This document shows, in pieces, positions 59,884 through 64,000 of a stretch of DNA of 64,000 bases (positions are counted from its first letter, which is position 1; every line of letters starts with the position of its first letter). The notes under the pieces are model-generated. The model did not search any database. It was not told where the DNA came from and saw nothing but the letters and a program-made list of their open reading frames with translations. A program made the translations under genes and the position numbers. The stretch comes from Candidatus Binatia bacterium (GTDB lineage Bacteria > Desulfobacterota > Binatia > Bin18). Location of the stretch: positions 64,001 to 128,000 of the forward strand of contig CAXXHG010000036.1 of assembly GCA_963666315.2 (NCBI GenBank), read 5' to 3'.

Positions 59884-60459
59884 ATGCGCTACCATCGACC
59901 ACGTTACTTCCGCCGTTTGCGGGTTGCACTCTCGATAGCAGGGATAATTTGCTTTGGCGTATCGCCTGGCTGGGCGGCCGACCAGGTTCGCCCGCCACTA
60001 ACCGGCTGGGCCGCCGCCGAAGGGCGCTGGCCCATTGCCGACGGGGAGCTGAGTTCGTCTTAAATTGTGTGGAAGCCGTTTGGCGCCTACCAGTCGCTCA
60101 TCCTGACGGTGTCGTTGCCCGGCGGGCTGGTGGTGCGCAACGAATTTCAGCCCGGCGAGACGGTCCTTTTCAAGGCCGGCATGTCGGTAGAGGAGAAGGA
60201 CGTCCTCCTTTCCGGCCGCAGGACCGACCCAGAGTTCCTCAAGAAGGAGCAATCCGTCAAGACTCTCGAATCCCTCCAGGACGGCGTATACCACTGCGAG
60301 CTGACCATCGTCCCCCGTCCGGAATCCCTCCCCCCAACCGCGCGGGAGAGGGCGGCTCTCACCATTTCGGCGCAGGTGGGATACGAGGAAAAGGCGCTTC
60401 GGCAAGTATGGTTCTCATGCCTTAGGTTCCTCTGCAGAAAAGCCTCCCTGTATCCATAA
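59884..60459 (+). pseudogene. Exported protein fragment with a premature TAA at 60061
   Basis: The signal-peptide ORF continues in frame past TAA into IVWKP...LILTVSLPGG...DGVYHCEL. Confidence 0.5.
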
Positions 60460-60519
60460 TAAGGCTATGGAAGAGAGCGTCTAGAATTATTGCATTTTTC
60501 GGAGAGAATGTGACCAGTA

Positions 60520-63500
60520 CTAATTGCCGTACGGGCGCGGCAAAACAATCTGCCCATCTTGATCCGCCACCGTTGCGGCAATCTCAGTCCAGCCCCAATA
60601 CAGATCTTCCCAAACGATTGCCACCCGGTCTTCTCCACCAACAACAAGGGGATTGACGCAGTCTGATTTTCTATCGCGGTTCAGTAACACCGGACTGGTC
60701 CACTGGCCGTTGGCATAGCGAGAAAACCAGACATGAGACCGGTCAGAGTCTTTGGCGTCCCAGACCGCGATAGTCCCCACCGCAGAAGCACCGAGCGCCA
60801 CATTACGGGTAGACCAGGCAAACGGAATCTGTCCCGTTGTGATGCGAGGCGTGTCCTGTCCCTCAGTAATAGTGATCTGTCGCCACGTCACACCAGTTTC
60901 GCTGTCTGGCCAGGCAACAAGGTATCCCTCAGGCGTCCCAACAAGAGCCGGAGCCCCAGCGGCCTCATTCATTTGGCCTAGATTCAGTATTTGAGGTGCC
61001 TTGGTGTTGTCGTTCGGCCACAGCGTCAACTTCACCCTGACTTGCTCTCCCACTCTGTCAGTCCAAACAAGCACAGCTTTTTCATGGTCATCCGCCGCCA
61101 CCACATGTAGAGGAGTCGTAACATTGAGTGGGATCCGTGAAAGCGAAATCGCGTTCGTATCTCCCTCTGGAGGCAAAACCGCCTGATAGATCCCCCACCC
61201 GTGGCTCACACTATACCCACGCATCACAACGCCAATTGTCCTGTCCATGCGGAGCAGTCGGGCTCCAGTGAAAGACATCCCTTCTTCATGGACGCGTAGA
61301 TAGGGCTCGATACGCGGTCGTTCCCTATCAATGGTGACTTTACTTACAATGATATCCACGTGAGTATCATGTCGCTCGTCCCAAGCGACATGATACGACG
61401 AGTCACGCCAGATCATATCCGTTGCTTCGGAGACATTCTCCGTACTTGTCAGAGGCATTTCCGGGCCTAACAATGTACCATCAAGACCAATCTGTCGGAA
61501 AAATACGCGACGACCTTCCCGATCATCAGTCCACACAACTCCAAAGTGCTGCGCGTATGGTACAAGCGCCGTCCGGGCCGAAAAAGAAATCCCATTGGCC
61601 TCGGAGATCCGTACCGTATTGTTCTCTTTTATAGAAAAGAACTGCTCCTGATACTCCTGTCCATCGACATATGTTTCCTGGGCGGGAAAACGCCGCGCGG
61701 CAGGAGATTGCGTATTGAGAAACACAAACACGGCGGGGAGTCCTTGTTTATCATAAGCAAGGTAGAGTTCTCGCAATACAGGAGACTGACGTAAGCGCCT
61801 ATGGATATCGAAAAACTGCTTCCGGGTATTATCTAAGGGTAAGGAACGATCCGGAGCAGGCGTCACGCAGATAATAAAATCAAAGGGCAATTGTGCATAC
61901 GGCGGCGGAACAACCACTCTTTTCTGAATATCCTCATTCTCAATAGAGACGTAGCGTTTATGCCCACTCATCCCGGTACCAAGAGCATGGATCGTTCTGT
62001 TGCCTTCATTGCCTACAATAACATCCTCAGACCGGACTCGACCAGACGCCCATACGGACATAGCATTCAGATAGTCATATTTGAGTGTGGCATAAGGATA
62101 TCTAAAAAACATTTGCGTCTGGTAGCGAAAGGGATGGAGTGGAATAAAGAGAAGCGTCGCAAGAACACACAATCCAATACTCGCCTGCAAGCGCTTCCTG
62201 TTTGGAGTATGCTGATTATCCGTATGCAGGCAACAAGTTTGATAGTATTTCCAGACTAGACACACTTCGCACATGTAGAAGGCAAGGAGATCAGTACGAA
62301 TCAGTAAGCCTAACCCAAAACATACCCCCATAATTGTCAGATTGCCCCGAGGACGCGGGGCGAGAACAGGCCGTGCAATCCAATACGCCAGCAGTGGATA
62401 AACAGGCAGAAAGAACCTCACAAACCCGCTTATATTCCATAAATTCATCCCCAAGAGCAGCATTAGCGCAAACACGAGATGCGGTAGTATAAGGCCCTCC
62501 TCTTGGAGGGCCTCTTCCGGCTGGACGACTGGGTTTTGCGATCTCCATAAAAAGCTGAGAACACTCCCCGTAATGACACACAACAGAGACAAGCGCCATG
62601 AGCCTTCAAGCCCACTACTCCACAGCGCCAGCGCCATAAGGCCACCATTGAACACGCATAACGCTAGGAATACGACGAGCTTCCAGCGGCGCCGCCGCTC
62701 CCTCCACTTGTCCGGTTTCCGCAGGGCCAGAAAAGCCCTCGCTCCATCATCCCACATGCTGACCAGGAAAAGAGCCATGAAGATCGCAGGAATGGTGTTC
62801 ACATGAAATGCACGACTGATTAATGATATATGGCCCGCAAAATCAAACAGATTGTTCTTTACACCGACCAAGAACTGATCTACAATCAGTACCTGATATT
62901 CCATCGCCCCAATCAATCCTCCAGCTGATGCGGAGAGCAGCATTTGATCTGGAGCAGAGAACCCCAACGCTGCCATTATCGGCCAGGACGGCGGCCACAG
63001 AGTCAACACGGATCCCAGTGCAACACACCCCCAGATGGCGACAGCGATCGCGCCCCAGTACCCGAGATCATTTTTCTCAAGTCGTCCCTCGAGGTATGCC
63101 ATCAGCCCAACCCAAGCGAGGATAGGAGCGATCGCGCCAAGCACAAATTCTTTGGTCAAAACGGCTACGGTCGCAAATAAGAGGGTCAGTGTCACCGCGC
63201 TCGTCGATCGAGTCTGCCTCCACCAAAGCACTCCGACCAATACCCCAATCATGCCCCATGCAGCCTGCACGTCGGGAAGCATGATAAAGGACTTATCTCG
63301 GAGTTCTGGGAGAACAAGCAACACGCCCAGAGCTCCGACGGCGATGGAACGCTGAATCCCGAGCAATCTCAAGAAAACATAGGAGAGAGGAAAAAGGGAC
63401 ACCTGCACACAGAACTGTACCGACCGAGCAACAAAGATAGGGTCACTTTTTGTAATCCATGTAATAAATGCAGGGACAAGAACAAGGAAAGGGTGTCGGA

Positions 63501-63741
63501 TCCATAACTCGAGCATGGAAAACTCGGAGGAACCCTCCCAAATCGCCATCAGCTCCCGTATAACTGCAGCATAAAAATGTTCGTCTGAATACATCGACAG
63601 CTTTCGTTTTCCGAAGTAATCGATATAACGAAAAACAAAAGCCACTAGACCAACACTGCCAGCAATGGCCCAGTCTTTTTTTCCAGTGAATACTTTTTTC
63701 AGTGGAGAATTCAACGAATTGCCCCTCTGTTGGGCACGCAC
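60520..63741 (-). CDS. GT-C/PMT-like polytopic membrane protein fused to a large extracellular beta-rich domain
   Basis: YSDE after the first TM, LTKE and RFFLP.YP motifs, many TM helices; C-terminal repeats VVW.D / VAW.D. Confidence 0.7.
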   Translation of the reverse strand: MRAQQRGNSLNSPLKKVFTGKKDWAIAGSVGLVAFVFRYIDYFGKRKLSMYSDEHFYAAVIRELMAIWEGSSEFSMLELWIRHPFLVLVPAFITWITKSDPIFVARSVQFCVQVSLFPLSYVFLRLLGIQRSIAVGALGVLLVLPELRDKSFIMLPDVQAAWGMIGVLVGVLWWRQTRSTSAVTLTLLFATVAVLTKEFVLGAIAPILAWVGLMAYLEGRLEKNDLGYWGAIAVAIWGCVALGSVLTLWPPSWPIMAALGFSAPDQMLLSASAGGLIGAMEYQVLIVDQFLVGVKNNLFDFAGHISLISRAFHVNTIPAIFMALFLVSMWDDGARAFLALRKPDKWRERRRRWKLVVFLALCVFNGGLMALALWSSGLEGSWRLSLLCVITGSVLSFLWRSQNPVVQPEEALQEEGLILPHLVFALMLLLGMNLWNISGFVRFFLPVYPLLAYWIARPVLAPRPRGNLTIMGVCFGLGLLIRTDLLAFYMCEVCLVWKYYQTCCLHTDNQHTPNRKRLQASIGLCVLATLLFIPLHPFRYQTQMFFRYPYATLKYDYLNAMSVWASGRVRSEDVIVGNEGNRTIHALGTGMSGHKRYVSIENEDIQKRVVVPPPYAQLPFDFIICVTPAPDRSLPLDNTRKQFFDIHRRLRQSPVLRELYLAYDKQGLPAVFVFLNTQSPAARRFPAQETYVDGQEYQEQFFSIKENNTVRISEANGISFSARTALVPYAQHFGVVWTDDREGRRVFFRQIGLDGTLLGPEMPLTSTENVSEATDMIWRDSSYHVAWDERHDTHVDIIVSKVTIDRERPRIEPYLRVHEEGMSFTGARLLRMDRTIGVVMRGYSVSHGWGIYQAVLPPEGDTNAISLSRIPLNVTTPLHVVAADDHEKAVLVWTDRVGEQVRVKLTLWPNDNTKAPQILNLGQMNEAAGAPALVGTPEGYLVAWPDSETGVTWRQITITEGQDTPRITTGQIPFAWSTRNVALGASAVGTIAVWDAKDSDRSHVWFSRYANGQWTSPVLLNRDRKSDCVNPLVVGGEDRVAIVWEDLYWGWTEIAATVADQDGQIVLPRPYGN

Positions 63742-64000
63742 AGCGATCCCATCGTCGGCAATGTAACTTGTCTACACAGAGATCCTCCTCAAGGCCAGCA
63801 GTCGCAAGGCCACAATACTCATAATCGCGATGACGGCAAGGTGATTCTTGTCCGATTGCCTATTGAGCCCATGATGCTGAAACTCCAGCGAGAAATGGTA
63901 GGAAGCATTTTCGACGATTACCTAACAGCGCTAAAAATCCGCAAATCCGGTATCCATCTCGACTTACGTCAGGGGCGACGTTTTGAGTTCGCCGATCTTA

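Noticed and set aside
63920-63926. GTTAGGT core site upstream of the large glycosyltransferase-like gene
   Set aside because: No matching inverse core after the gene, and the context is cut by the window edge

Overview
Bacterial chromosomal window, moderately GC-rich. No rRNA, tRNA or CRISPR array was recognised. The gene content (four LLM oxidoreductases, CoA-transferases, crotonases, a CdaA-YbbR fusion, an AAA/TPR tail fragment) resembles uncultured Binatia- or Tectomicrobia-like lineages; this is inference only. Main blocks: (1) a minus-strand merR-copA-eutB-eutC-hslR-ltaE run behind a MerR-type promoter; (2) tandem M20 amidohydrolases, ilvD and an exported triple OB-fold protein; (3) an acyl-CoA/LLM catabolic stretch containing a sigma54-driven small gene and a PAS-XRE regulator; (4) motility remnants (a broken DUF3391-Hpt-REC gene and an orphan flgM); (5) an accessory island with an orphan DNA methyltransferase and an SGNH gene bounded by integron-type core sites and AT-rich repeats; (6) DUF4188-TetR-carotenoid oxygenase; (7) an aerobic benzoyl-CoA (Box) cluster with a PaaX-type regulator and no boxA; (8) cdaA, sugar-nucleotide genes, higBA and a 1073-aa membrane glycosyltransferase-like fusion. 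The window is dense in REP hairpins and MITEs, one of them nested in a REP whose empty-site twin lies 1 kb away. It also holds many truncated or frameshifted genes. Some single-base indels look like sequencing errors, so pseudogene calls need read-level checks. All family calls come from motif recognition by eye; no searches were run.
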